A DNA stretch of 64,000 bases. It comes from Pseudomonadota bacterium. GTDB taxonomy: Bacteria > Pseudomonadota > Alphaproteobacteria > Caulobacterales > Caulobacteraceae. Positions 1-8,190 of the stretch are shown piece after piece. Made by a program: the position numbers and the translations under genes. How positions within the stretch are numbered: the first letter of the stretch is position 1; each line of letters starts with the position of its first letter. Under the pieces are notes generated by a model. That model saw only the letters and a program-made list of their open reading frames with translations, ran no database searches and was not told where the DNA came from. The DNA lies in the NCBI GenBank assembly GCA_023433585.1, contig JAEZCL010000098.1, forward strand, positions 3,661 to 67,660. The letters run 5' to 3'.

Positions 1-878
1 GCGGCCGAGCGCGCCGGATCGACGGCGTAGTCCTCGGTTTCGACAAAGGCCAGATCGGGTCCGAAAACCGCCTGGCCCCCCAGATCGCGGCGATAATGCG
101 TGCCCAGGGCGCCGGGGATGGGCGGCGGATAGATCAGGCGCGAGAACGGCGCCTTGGCGCTCAGGCGGAAATAGACGCCCTTGCCCAGATGGCGGACGGG
201 GATGCGGTTCGCCGGATAGCCCTCGACGCGCGCCGCCGCCTCCTGGGCGCCCAGCCCCGCCGACAGGACCAGCAGGCGCGTGGTCAGGTCGGTCGCCGCC
301 GCGCCACCCGCCCGCATCCGGAAACCGCCGTCCGGCAGGGGCTCGGCGCCCTCGAAGGGCGTGGAGATCACCACCGAACCGCCCGCGTCCTCGATCTCGC
401 CCTCAAGCGCCAGCATGTAGCCGTGGCTGTCGAACACCCCGCTTTCGGGCGACAGCAGGGCGCCGTGGCAGGCCAGGTCCGGCTCCATCGCCCTGGCCTG
501 ATCCGCGCTCAGGCGGGCCATGCCCTCCACCTCGTTGATCCGAGCTTGGTCCAGAATGGCGTCCAGCCGCTCCACCTCGTCGGCCGCCGTGGCCACCACC
601 AGCTTGCCGCACTTGCGATGATCGATCTTGCGACTGTCCAGATAGGGCCACAGCGCCCGGCGGCCCTGGACGCAAAACTTCGCCTTGAGTGACCCGGTCG
701 GATAGTAGAGCCCGCCGTGAACGACCTCGGAATTGCGTGACGAAATCCCCTGGCCGATGGCCGCCTCGCGCTCCAGCACCACCACCGACAGGCCCCGCTT
801 CGCCAGCGCCCGGCCGCAGGCCAGGCCCACGGCGCCGGCGCCGACGACCGCCGCGTCGAAGTCGAAGGCCCGGCTCAG
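1..878 (-). CDS. NAD(P)/FAD-dependent oxidoreductase, L-2-hydroxyglutarate oxidase (LhgO)-like; runs off the left edge
   Basis: Not in the ORF track. Manual translation gives (L)SRAFDFDAAVVGAGAVGLACGRALAKRGLSVVVLEREAAIGQGISSRNSEVVHGGLYYPTGSLKAKFC, with GxGxxG and the SSRNSEVxHxGLYY motif. Apparent CTG start overlaps the kdsD stop. Confidence 0.85.
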   Translation of the reverse strand, partial: MSRAFDFDAAVVGAGAVGLACGRALAKRGLSVVVLEREAAIGQGISSRNSEVVHGGLYYPTGSLKAKFCVQGRRALWPYLDSRKIDHRKCGKLVVATAADEVERLDAILDQARINEVEGMARLSADQARAMEPDLACHGALLSPESGVFDSHGYMLALEGEIEDAGGSVVISTPFEGAEPLPDGGFRMRAGGAAATDLTTRLLVLSAGLGAQEAAARVEGYPANRIPVRHLGKGVYFRLSAKAPFSRLIYPPPIPGALGTHYRRDLGGQAVFGPDLAFVETEDYAVDPARSA

Positions 879-1861
879 GACACGTATCCCGCCTGGATCA
901 GTTCGGCGATGTGGATGATGACGACGGGGCGCCCGTCCACCACCACAAACATGTTGGAGATCTTGTTGGCGGCCAAGAGGTCGATGACCTCGCTCATGCG
1001 CGCGTCCGGGGTCACGGTGATGGGGTCGCGGCTCATGATGTCGCCCGCCGTCAGCTTCGCGATGTCGCGCAGGAAGGCGCGGCGCACGTCGCCGTCGGTT
1101 ATCATGCCGATCAGGCGCCCAGCCCCGTCCACGATGGCCACGCAGCCCTGGCGCCCCTTGGTGATGGCCGACACCACCTCGGCGAAGGCGGCGCCCTCGG
1201 GCAGGGTGACCGGCTCGGGCCGCTTATCGCCCATCCATTCGCTGACCCGCTGCAGCCGCATGCCCAGCGAGCCGCCGGGGTGGCGCAGGCCGAAATCCTC
1301 GGCGGTGAAGCCGCGCTGATCCATCAGCACCATGGCCAGCGCATCCCCCAGAGCCAGAGTCATCAGAGTCGAGGTGGTGGGCGCCAGGTTGTTGGGGCAC
1401 GCCTCGGGCGCCCTGGGCATGACCAGAGGCACGGTGGACATGCGGTGCAGGAAGCTGCCCTCGCGCTGGGTCACGCCGATGACGGGGATTCCGTTGCGCT
1501 GGCAGAACAGCAGCGGATCGCGCAGCTCGCGGCTCTCCCCCGACGACGAGATGGCCAGAAGGGTGCAGTCCTCGCGCAGCATGCCCAGGTCGCCGTGGCT
1601 CATCTCGGCCGGGTGCACGAAGAAGGCGTTGGTGCCGGTCGAGGCCAGGGTGGCGGCGATCTTGCCGCCGATGTGGCCGGACTTGCCCATGCCGGTGACC
1701 ACCAGATAGCCGGGACGCCCCAGGATGACGCGGCAGGCCTCGACCAGGGAGGCGCCCAGGCTGTCGTTCAGGGCGGCCAGCGCCTCGATGTTCAGCGCCA
1801 TCACCTCGTGGGCGCGGTCCAGCACGGCCTTGTCGTCCATGAGGGTGTCCTGATCCGTCAT
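875..1861 (-). CDS. kdsD: KpsF/GutQ family arabinose-5-phosphate isomerase (SIS plus two CBS domains)
   Basis: VTGMGKSGHIGGKIAATLASTGT, HGDLG and APTTST motifs; C-terminal CBS pair; start placed at MTDQD. Confidence 0.9.
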   Translation of the reverse strand: MTDQDTLMDDKAVLDRAHEVMALNIEALAALNDSLGASLVEACRVILGRPGYLVVTGMGKSGHIGGKIAATLASTGTNAFFVHPAEMSHGDLGMLREDCTLLAISSSGESRELRDPLLFCQRNGIPVIGVTQREGSFLHRMSTVPLVMPRAPEACPNNLAPTTSTLMTLALGDALAMVLMDQRGFTAEDFGLRHPGGSLGMRLQRVSEWMGDKRPEPVTLPEGAAFAEVVSAITKGRQGCVAIVDGAGRLIGMITDGDVRRAFLRDIAKLTAGDIMSRDPITVTPDARMSEVIDLLAANKISNMFVVVDGRPVVIIHIAELIQAGYVS

Positions 1862-1924
1862 CGTTGAACGGCTAATAATCCCGCACGGTTGAAAGAGCCA
1901 CCTTGGAGAGCTCACTTGAGGAGC

Positions 1925-2647
1925 TCAGGCCAGGGCCCGCGCCGCTTCAAGGTCCGCCGGGTTGTCAACCGACAGGGGCGCTTCGTCGATGACGGCGGCC
2001 CAGAGGCTCAGGCCCATCTCCAGCGCCCGCAGCTGCTCCAGTTTCTCGCGGCGCTCCAGCGGCGAGGGCGGGGCGGCGCAGAACGCCTCCAGCGCCGCGC
2101 GCCGGTATCCATAGACGCCGACATGGCGCCACACCGGCCCGTCGCCATAGAGGGTCGAGCGGGTGAAATAGAGCGCCCGGCCGCTCCTGCCGTCCGCCGC
2201 CAGGGCCAGCACCGCCTTGACCACGTCCGCGTTGGTCCGGTCCTCCGGTCCTGCTTCCGGCGCGACCAGGGTGGCGATGTCGCAGCCGGGCTCGCGCGCC
2301 AGCAGCTCGGCGCACAGACGGCTGAGCGCCGGGTCGGAGAAGGGCATGTCGCCCTGAAGATTGATGACCGCGTCATGGACCCCGGACGGGTCGATGGCAT
2401 GAAGCGCCGCCCGGATGCGGTCCGAGCCGGACGGCAGGTCCGGGTCGGTCAGGACGGCGCGGCCGCCGGCCCGCTCCACGACCTCGACGATCTCCGGATC
2501 GCCCGCCGCCACCGCCACGGCGTAACCTGATGCCGCGGCGGCCTCATAAGCGCGCACGATCATGGGCTTGCCGCCGATGTCGGCCAGGGGCTTGTTCGGC
2601 AGGCGCGTGGCGGCCATGCGGGCGGGGATCAGGACCAGCGGGTTCAT
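1925..2647 (-). CDS. kdsB: 3-deoxy-manno-octulosonate cytidylyltransferase
   Basis: IPARMAATRLPNKPL, NLQGD, HVGVYGY and EKLEQLRALE motifs. Confidence 0.95.
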   Translation of the reverse strand: MNPLVLIPARMAATRLPNKPLADIGGKPMIVRAYEAAAASGYAVAVAAGDPEIVEVVERAGGRAVLTDPDLPSGSDRIRAALHAIDPSGVHDAVINLQGDMPFSDPALSRLCAELLAREPGCDIATLVAPEAGPEDRTNADVVKAVLALAADGRSGRALYFTRSTLYGDGPVWRHVGVYGYRRAALEAFCAAPPSPLERREKLEQLRALEMGLSLWAAVIDEAPLSVDNPADLEAARALA

Positions 2648-2687
2648 GCTCCGGCGCTATCCCCGATCCGGCGCCGCCGCAAGCCTG

Positions 2688-3848
2688 TCAGCCGTCGACC
2701 GCCGCCGTGATCCGGGCCAGCAGGGCGTTGCGGGCCGCCGAACGCTCATCTCCGGTGGCCACCGGCCAGGCCGACAGGATCACCACCACCAGCCGCCGCT
2801 CCGGGTCGATATGGATCATCTGGCCGAAGATGCCGCGCGCGCCGAACGTCCCGTCATCCTGGGTCCACCACTGGAAGCCGTAGCCCATGCCGGGAACGCC
2901 GATGTCCGCCTGTTTCGTCGTCGCCGCATCGAACCAGCCCGCCGGAACCACGGCGCGCCCGTCGATCACCCCGTCCTCCAGCACGAACTGGCCCACGCGG
3001 CCCCAGTCGTGCAGCGAGGCCATCAGGCAGCAGCCGCCCGGCTCCTGCCCCGCCTCGTCGATCAGCCAGGCGGCGTCCCGCGCCATGCCGTAGGGCCGCC
3101 AGATCTTTTCCGACAGATAGTCCGCCAGCGAGCGCCCCGTCGCCCGGCTGACCAGAAGGCCCACCAGGTTCGTCTCGCCGGTGCTGTAGAGCCAGCGCGT
3201 CCCCGGCTCGGCTGCGCGCGAAAGGCCGCGCATATAGTGCAGGGTCGGGTCCATGCCCCCCGTCTCGCGCGGCCCGAAGAAGCGGATCACGTCGGATCGG
3301 GGATCGGTGTAGTCCTCGTTCCAGTCGGCGCCCGAGGTCATGGTCAGGAGCTGGCGCACCGTGACCCCGTCATAGGCGCTTCCGGACAGTTCCGGCAGAT
3401 AGCGGATGATGGGCGTCTCCAGGCTCTCGATATGACCGTCGGCGAGGGCGGCGCCGACCAGGGTCGAGGTCACCGACTTGGCCACCGAGAAGGACGTCCA
3501 GCGCCCCTCCGGCCCGAAGCCCAGGCCGTAGCGCTCCAGCCGCACGCGGCCCTCCTGAATCACCAGCAGGCCCGCCGTCTTCTCGACCGTCATGAAGGCG
3601 TCCACGTCCAGGTCCAGCGGCTCGCCGGGCGGCAGGGCGCGCACCGGCCCGCCCGCCGGGACGGTTCGGTGCTGCGTGATGCGGTCCATGGCGCGGAATC
3701 CCGCCTCGCGCTCGGCCTGGTTCCAGAACAGCACCTGCGACATGCGCTCCAGCCGGGGCAGGCCATCGGACGTCAGTTCGGGCGCGGGGGCGGAGCAGGC
3801 GGCCAGGACAAGCCCGCCGACCAGGCCGATGAAAGGAAGAATGCGCAT
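2688..3848 (-). CDS. Serine hydrolase, beta-lactamase/6-aminohexanoate-dimer hydrolase-like lipoprotein
   Basis: SxxK (SVAK), YST and GIFGQ motifs; lipobox LAAC. Confidence 0.85.
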   Translation of the reverse strand: MRILPFIGLVGGLVLAACSAPAPELTSDGLPRLERMSQVLFWNQAEREAGFRAMDRITQHRTVPAGGPVRALPPGEPLDLDVDAFMTVEKTAGLLVIQEGRVRLERYGLGFGPEGRWTSFSVAKSVTSTLVGAALADGHIESLETPIIRYLPELSGSAYDGVTVRQLLTMTSGADWNEDYTDPRSDVIRFFGPRETGGMDPTLHYMRGLSRAAEPGTRWLYSTGETNLVGLLVSRATGRSLADYLSEKIWRPYGMARDAAWLIDEAGQEPGGCCLMASLHDWGRVGQFVLEDGVIDGRAVVPAGWFDAATTKQADIGVPGMGYGFQWWTQDDGTFGARGIFGQMIHIDPERRLVVVILSAWPVATGDERSAARNALLARITAAVDG

Positions 3849-3875
3849 GTGGCCGCCCCCGTGTTCGCCCACGGT

Positions 3876-3992
3876 CTATAGGCCCTGCGACGCCGGTCTG
3901 GAAACAGCCTGCGCCGGATCGGCGGCCATGGCCGGAACCGCGCCGGTGCAACTGGCGGCGATCAGCATGAGAAGGGCGGCGAGCGGCTTCAT
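3876..3992 (-). CDS. Possible small secreted peptide (38 aa)
   Basis: MKPLAALLMLIAASCTGAVPAMAADP looks like a signal peptide; co-oriented just upstream of the serine hydrolase. Confidence 0.35.
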   Translation of the reverse strand: MKPLAALLMLIAASCTGAVPAMAADPAQAVSRPASQGL

Positions 3993-4229
3993 GACGACAG
4001 GAGGCTTCGGGCCGCCCCGTCGGATGCGGATGACCGGGATTTCATGCTTGTGACGGGGAAATGGCTTTTTCCACAAGGGTGTGCTAAGAGAGTGACACCC
4101 CCTGCGGCCCGCATCGGCCGCCCTCGCATCCCCGGCCCATTTCGCCGTCTGCGCGCCCCTGAATCCTGAAGGGCGGCCGCGCGACCGGTGTTTCCTGATG
4201 GGCCGGCGTCAGACCGGAAAGGACAAACG

Positions 4230-4550
4230 ATGGTCGAAGAAGGCTTCGTTCAACTCTATGTGCGCGATTTCGCCGCCATGGCCGCCCGCGCCGACAGCGG
4301 CCAGGACGTGGAAGAGGCCCTGACCCGGCGTGTGCGCGAACTGAAGTCTCACGCCGAGCTGATGGACCGCCGCAAGACCCCCGGCCACCAGGCCGCCGTG
4401 GTCGAACGCCTGATCGCCGAATCCGAGCGCACCCATGTGCGTCATGGCCGCATCGGCCCGGACGACACCGAGGCGCTGGAGCGCCGCCGCGACTTCCTGC
4501 TGCGCGTGGCCGCCATGCTGCGCGAGGACGCCGCCGAACTGGCGGCCTGA
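4230..4550 (+). CDS. Hypothetical helical protein (106 aa)
   Basis: AAGGA RBS upstream of ATG; typical GC3-rich codon usage; no recognised motif. Confidence 0.75.
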   Translation: MVEEGFVQLYVRDFAAMAARADSGQDVEEALTRRVRELKSHAELMDRRKTPGHQAAVVERLIAESERTHVRHGRIGPDDTEALERRRDFLLRVAAMLREDAAELAA

Positions 4551-4638
4551 AGCGAGCCGGCCGCCCGCCCGACCACACTCGAACACGCCCGCACCCATCC
4601 GCCGCGCCCGGGCCGCCCCCGCGCCCCGCGGCTTTAGC

Positions 4639-4678
4639 CCATTTTCGGTTCGGTCGATTCCGACCGAACCGAAAATGG
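4639..4678. repeat. Perfect 18-bp inverted repeat with 4-nt spacer
   Basis: CCATTTTCGGTTCGGTCG-ATTC-CGACCGAACCGAAAATGG. Confidence 0.9.
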
Positions 4679-4889
4679 TCCAGCTTCTAGGATGAGCGAA
4701 TATCCGGGTTCAGGCCGTTCGGCTCCAAAGCGGTAGCGAAACTGTGGACAAACCATTCGCTTGATCGTCCGAACGGATTCGGAACGGCTCACAGGTTGTG
4801 GGGCGGTTATCCACCGAACGGGCCGCCATCATGCACAACGGGGCGGATTCGGACGCTTGCCCAATAGCGGATTTCGCGGGAACGTCAAC

Positions 4890-5270
4890 GGGCCGAGGGA
4901 CACGGCGGCGCGGAAATCCCGGGAGACTGGGAGCTTCAAGCGGGTCGGTCCGGCTCTCTGATCCAGGCTTTCAGGCGTCTTCGGACGGCTCGAATGACCG
5001 GACAGGGCCAAGGCTCCCGGACCGAAACCTTCGGGTGAGGTCCACGGAGAACCGGGCCGGGATCGACGGACGACGACAGGGGCGACCCTGACGGAACGCC
5101 GAAGACCAGGAGCTGACAGGAGGCCGCGTTTCAACGCCGGGTTCGCCCGCCGGGGAGACGGCAAGGTTCCTGACCCTAAGGTCAAGTCCAACCCGGACTT
5201 GGCGAGGGGACGAGGGCAACGGTTCGACCGGGCTTTCGTCCCCTCGCTCAATTCGGGCCCCTGCTTTTTG
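4890..5270 (+). ncRNA. Candidate large structured non-coding RNA, family not recognised
   Basis: Dense hairpins with UUCG and GNRA tetraloops, G-U pairs consistent with the + strand, a long-range helix, a long terminal stem and a T-run; no credible ORF. Confidence 0.6.
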
Positions 5271-5397
5271 AGCGCGCCGCCGCCTTATGCGGATGCAGTG
5301 CAGAGCGCCCTCACACCTCTTTTCTCGCGCAAGAGCCTCCCCCGGAACACGCCCGGGGTCGGCGCACGGGCTCTCCCTTTTCCCGGCGGAAGAAGGT

Positions 5398-6441
5398 TCA
5401 GACCTCCACGCCTTCCTTGCGCCTCTTCATCAGGGCGTCGAAGGAATCCCACACGCCCTCGGCGCCGTGCCAGTTCCCCTTGGTGGCGGCCTTGGAGTAT
5501 TCGGTGGCCCGCGCCTCGAAGAAGTTGGCGTGCTCGACCCCGCTGAGCAGGGACTGCAGCCACGGCAGCGGATTTTCGGTCACGCCGTAAACCTCGGGCA
5601 GGTTCAACTGGCGCAGGCGCCAGTCGGCGATGAAACGGATGTACTGCTTGATGTCGTCAGGGGTCATGCCCTGGACCGGACCCTGCTCGAAGGCCAGGTC
5701 GATGAATTTGTCCTCCATGGTGATGACCGTCTTGCAGCAGTCGACGATGTCGTCGGCCACCGCCGGGGTCACCGCCCCGGTCTCCTTGTTGAAGGCGTGA
5801 TACAGCTTGATGATGCCTTCGCAGTGCAGGCTCTCGTCGCGCACCGACCACGACACGATCTGGCCCATGCCCTTCATCTTGTTGAAGCGCGGGAAGTTCA
5901 TCAGCATGGCGAAGCTGGCGAACAGCTGCAGCCCTTCGGAAAAGCCCCCGAACATGGCCAGGGTGCGACAGATGTCGGCGTCCGTCTCGACCCCGAACTG
6001 ACCCATGTAGTCGTGCTTGTCCTTCATGGCCTCATATTCCATGAAGGCGCCGAACTCGCTGTCGGGCATGCCGATGGTTTCCAGCAGCAGGGCGTAGGCC
6101 GCGATATGGATGGTCTCCATATTGGCGAAGGCGGCCAGCATCATCTTCACTTCGGTCGGTTTGAACACCCGGCCGTAGCGCTCCATGTAGTTGTCCTGCA
6201 CCTCGATGTCCGCCTGGGTGAAGAAGCGGAAGATCTGGGTCAGCAGGTTGCGCTCGCCGTCGTCCAGCTTGGCCGCCCAGTCCTTGCAGTCCTCGCCCAG
6301 CGGCACCTCCTCGGGCATCCAGTGGACCTGTTGCTGCTTCTTCCACATGTCGAACGCCCACGGATAGCGGAACGGCTTGTAGGCGGCCGAGGGAGTGAGA
6401 AGACCGGGCGTTTCAAGGCGGATCGGCGTGATGGCGTTCAT
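5398..6441 (-). CDS. nrdB: Ribonucleotide reductase class Ia beta subunit
   Basis: FFTQADIEV, ETIHIAAY, SVRDESLH and NFFE motifs. Confidence 0.95.
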   Translation of the reverse strand: MNAITPIRLETPGLLTPSAAYKPFRYPWAFDMWKKQQQVHWMPEEVPLGEDCKDWAAKLDDGERNLLTQIFRFFTQADIEVQDNYMERYGRVFKPTEVKMMLAAFANMETIHIAAYALLLETIGMPDSEFGAFMEYEAMKDKHDYMGQFGVETDADICRTLAMFGGFSEGLQLFASFAMLMNFPRFNKMKGMGQIVSWSVRDESLHCEGIIKLYHAFNKETGAVTPAVADDIVDCCKTVITMEDKFIDLAFEQGPVQGMTPDDIKQYIRFIADWRLRQLNLPEVYGVTENPLPWLQSLLSGVEHANFFEARATEYSKAATKGNWHGAEGVWDSFDALMKRRKEGVEV

Positions 6442-6549
6442 GATGCTCTCGGGCGTATGCAGGTGACTCGGGCAGGCTCACACCATGAGCCCGCGTGCGC
6501 CCGGCGCCAAGCCACAATGCGCCTATTTTGCGATCACATTTGATGTGAC

Positions 6550-6565
6550 CCCCAATATGTGGTGT
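6550..6565. promoter_or_regulatory. Putative NrdR box upstream of nrdB
   Basis: CCCCAATATGTGGTGT resembles the consensus acaCwAtATaTwGtgt and lies in the nrdB upstream region. Confidence 0.6.
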
Positions 6566-6598
6566 CGCCTCAAGGATTTGATGGGGAGGAAACCGGGG

Positions 6599-7249
6599 AT
6601 GGGATTCATCGTCTACGGCGCGGCCGGGTCGGGATCGGTTCCGGTGGAGGCGGCCCTGACGCTGCTTGAAATCGATCATGAGGTGATCGAGGCGCCCACC
6701 TGGGAGGGCGACGAACAGAGGGATCGCGTGGCCCCGGTCAATCCCATGCGCCAGATACCGGCGCTGGTCACCCCGGACGGCGAGACGATCACCGAGAGCG
6801 CCGCCATCCTGATCTGGCTGGCCGACAATCACCCGGAGGGGCGGCTGGCCCCCGCGCCAGGCGATCCGAGGCGGGCGCAGTTCCTGCGCTGGATGAGCTT
6901 CATCCCCGCCTCGATCTATTCCATGTACTGGGTGCGCGACGAACCCTCGCGCCTGGTCGGCGACGACGAGGCGGCGCAGGATCAGGTGCTCGCCCGCACC
7001 GCCGAACGCATCGCCGCCTGCTGGGCCGTGATGGACGCGCAGGTTCAACCGGGCCGCTTCATCCTGGGTGACCACCTGACGGTTCTGGATCTCTATGTCG
7101 CGGTCGCCAGCCGTTGGACACCCCGCCGCCGCCGCTTCTACGCCGAGGCGCCGAACCTGGGGCAGGTGGTCCGCCATGTGGACGCCCTGCCCGAACTGGC
7201 GGATTTCTGGAGCCGTCGGTTTCCCTTCGAGGCGGACTGGGAGGGGTGA
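6599..7249 (+). CDS. Glutathione S-transferase family protein
   Basis: NPMRQIPAL and TESAAILIWLA GST N-terminal motifs. Confidence 0.9.
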   Translation: MGFIVYGAAGSGSVPVEAALTLLEIDHEVIEAPTWEGDEQRDRVAPVNPMRQIPALVTPDGETITESAAILIWLADNHPEGRLAPAPGDPRRAQFLRWMSFIPASIYSMYWVRDEPSRLVGDDEAAQDQVLARTAERIAACWAVMDAQVQPGRFILGDHLTVLDLYVAVASRWTPRRRRFYAEAPNLGQVVRHVDALPELADFWSRRFPFEADWEG

Positions 7250-7317
7250 GGCATCTCTTCCCCTTTCCCCACATTCCGGCGTAGCTTGAGGGGCATCAAC
7301 AGGGTCGGAGGCGTCAC

Positions 7318-8154
7318 ATGCGCTGGAGAGGCGGACGGCGGGGCGGCGGGATCGAGGATCGGCGCGGCATGGGCGCGGGGGTCGCGGGCGGCGGCATCGG
7401 CGTGGCCGTGCTGGGCATCATCGGATACTTGGTGTTCGGCATCGACCCGCAGGTCACCACCCAGGTGGCCGGGCAGCTGGGCGGCCTGGGCCAGGCCCAG
7501 GAAGGCCGCACCGGCGTGCCCGAGGACGACGCGGGCCTGTTCGTGGACGTCATCGGGGCCAACATCAACGACGTCTGGGCCACGAAAATGCAGGGCTATC
7601 AGGCCCCGCGCATCGTCATCTACGAACAGGGCACCTCCACCGACGGCTGCGGCTACGGCCAGGCGGCCATGGGGCCGTTCTACTGCCCGGCGGACCGCAC
7701 GGTCTATCTGGACCTGGGCTTCTGGCAGGTGATGAACGACCAGCTGGGCGCGGGCGGCGACTTCGCCAACGCCTATGTCATCGCCCACGAGATCGGCCAC
7801 CACGTCCAGACCCTGACCGGCGCCTCCTCCCAGGTGCGCCAGGCGCAAGCGAGTGCGCGGTCCCAGGGCGAGGCCAACCGGTATTCCGTCGCGCTGGAGC
7901 TACAGGCCGACTGCTATGCAGGCGTGTGGGCGCGCAACGCCTCGGTGGTCTCGGGCGGCGAGGTGGCGCTGGAGCCGGGGGACATCGAGCAGGGCATGAA
8001 CGCCGCCTCGGCCATCGGCGACGACCGCCTGTCCGGTGGCCGCGCCAGCCCGGAAAGCTTCACCCACGGAACCTCGGCCCAGCGCATGGAGTGGCTGCGC
8101 CGCGGCTACGACACCGGCGACCCGGCCGCCTGCGACACCTTCGCGGGGGTATGA
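7318..8154 (+). CDS. Neutral zinc metallopeptidase, YpfJ family
   Basis: GPFYCPAD, YVIAHEIGHHVQ, ELQADCYAG and FTHGTSAQR motifs. Confidence 0.9.
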   Translation: MRWRGGRRGGGIEDRRGMGAGVAGGGIGVAVLGIIGYLVFGIDPQVTTQVAGQLGGLGQAQEGRTGVPEDDAGLFVDVIGANINDVWATKMQGYQAPRIVIYEQGTSTDGCGYGQAAMGPFYCPADRTVYLDLGFWQVMNDQLGAGGDFANAYVIAHEIGHHVQTLTGASSQVRQAQASARSQGEANRYSVALELQADCYAGVWARNASVVSGGEVALEPGDIEQGMNAASAIGDDRLSGGRASPESFTHGTSAQRMEWLRRGYDTGDPAACDTFAGV

Positions 8155-8160
8155 CCTGAA

Positions 8161-8180
8161 CCTTCTCCCATTGGGAGAGG
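8161..8180. repeat. CIR/REP-like hairpin between convergent genes, possibly a terminator
   Basis: CCTTCTCCC-ATT-GGGAGAGG, similar to the hairpins near 15650 and 15843. Confidence 0.55.
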
Positions 8181-8190
8181 GAAGCCGTTA

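Noticed and set aside
4060..4860. Chromosomal replication origin
   Set aside because: DnaA-like boxes are present, but there is no AT-rich unwinding element, no TTAA-N7-TTAA CtrA array and no hemE context
4890..5270. Identification as RNase P RNA, tmRNA, SRP RNA, 6S RNA or a group II intron
   Set aside because: I found no GAGGAAAGUCC / ACAGAA..CGGCUUA, no ANDN-type tag or tRNA-like ends, no SRP loop motif and no intron domain V on either strand
5398..6441. nrdB without nrdA as an anomaly
   Set aside because: Separated nrdA and nrdB genes are common in this lineage
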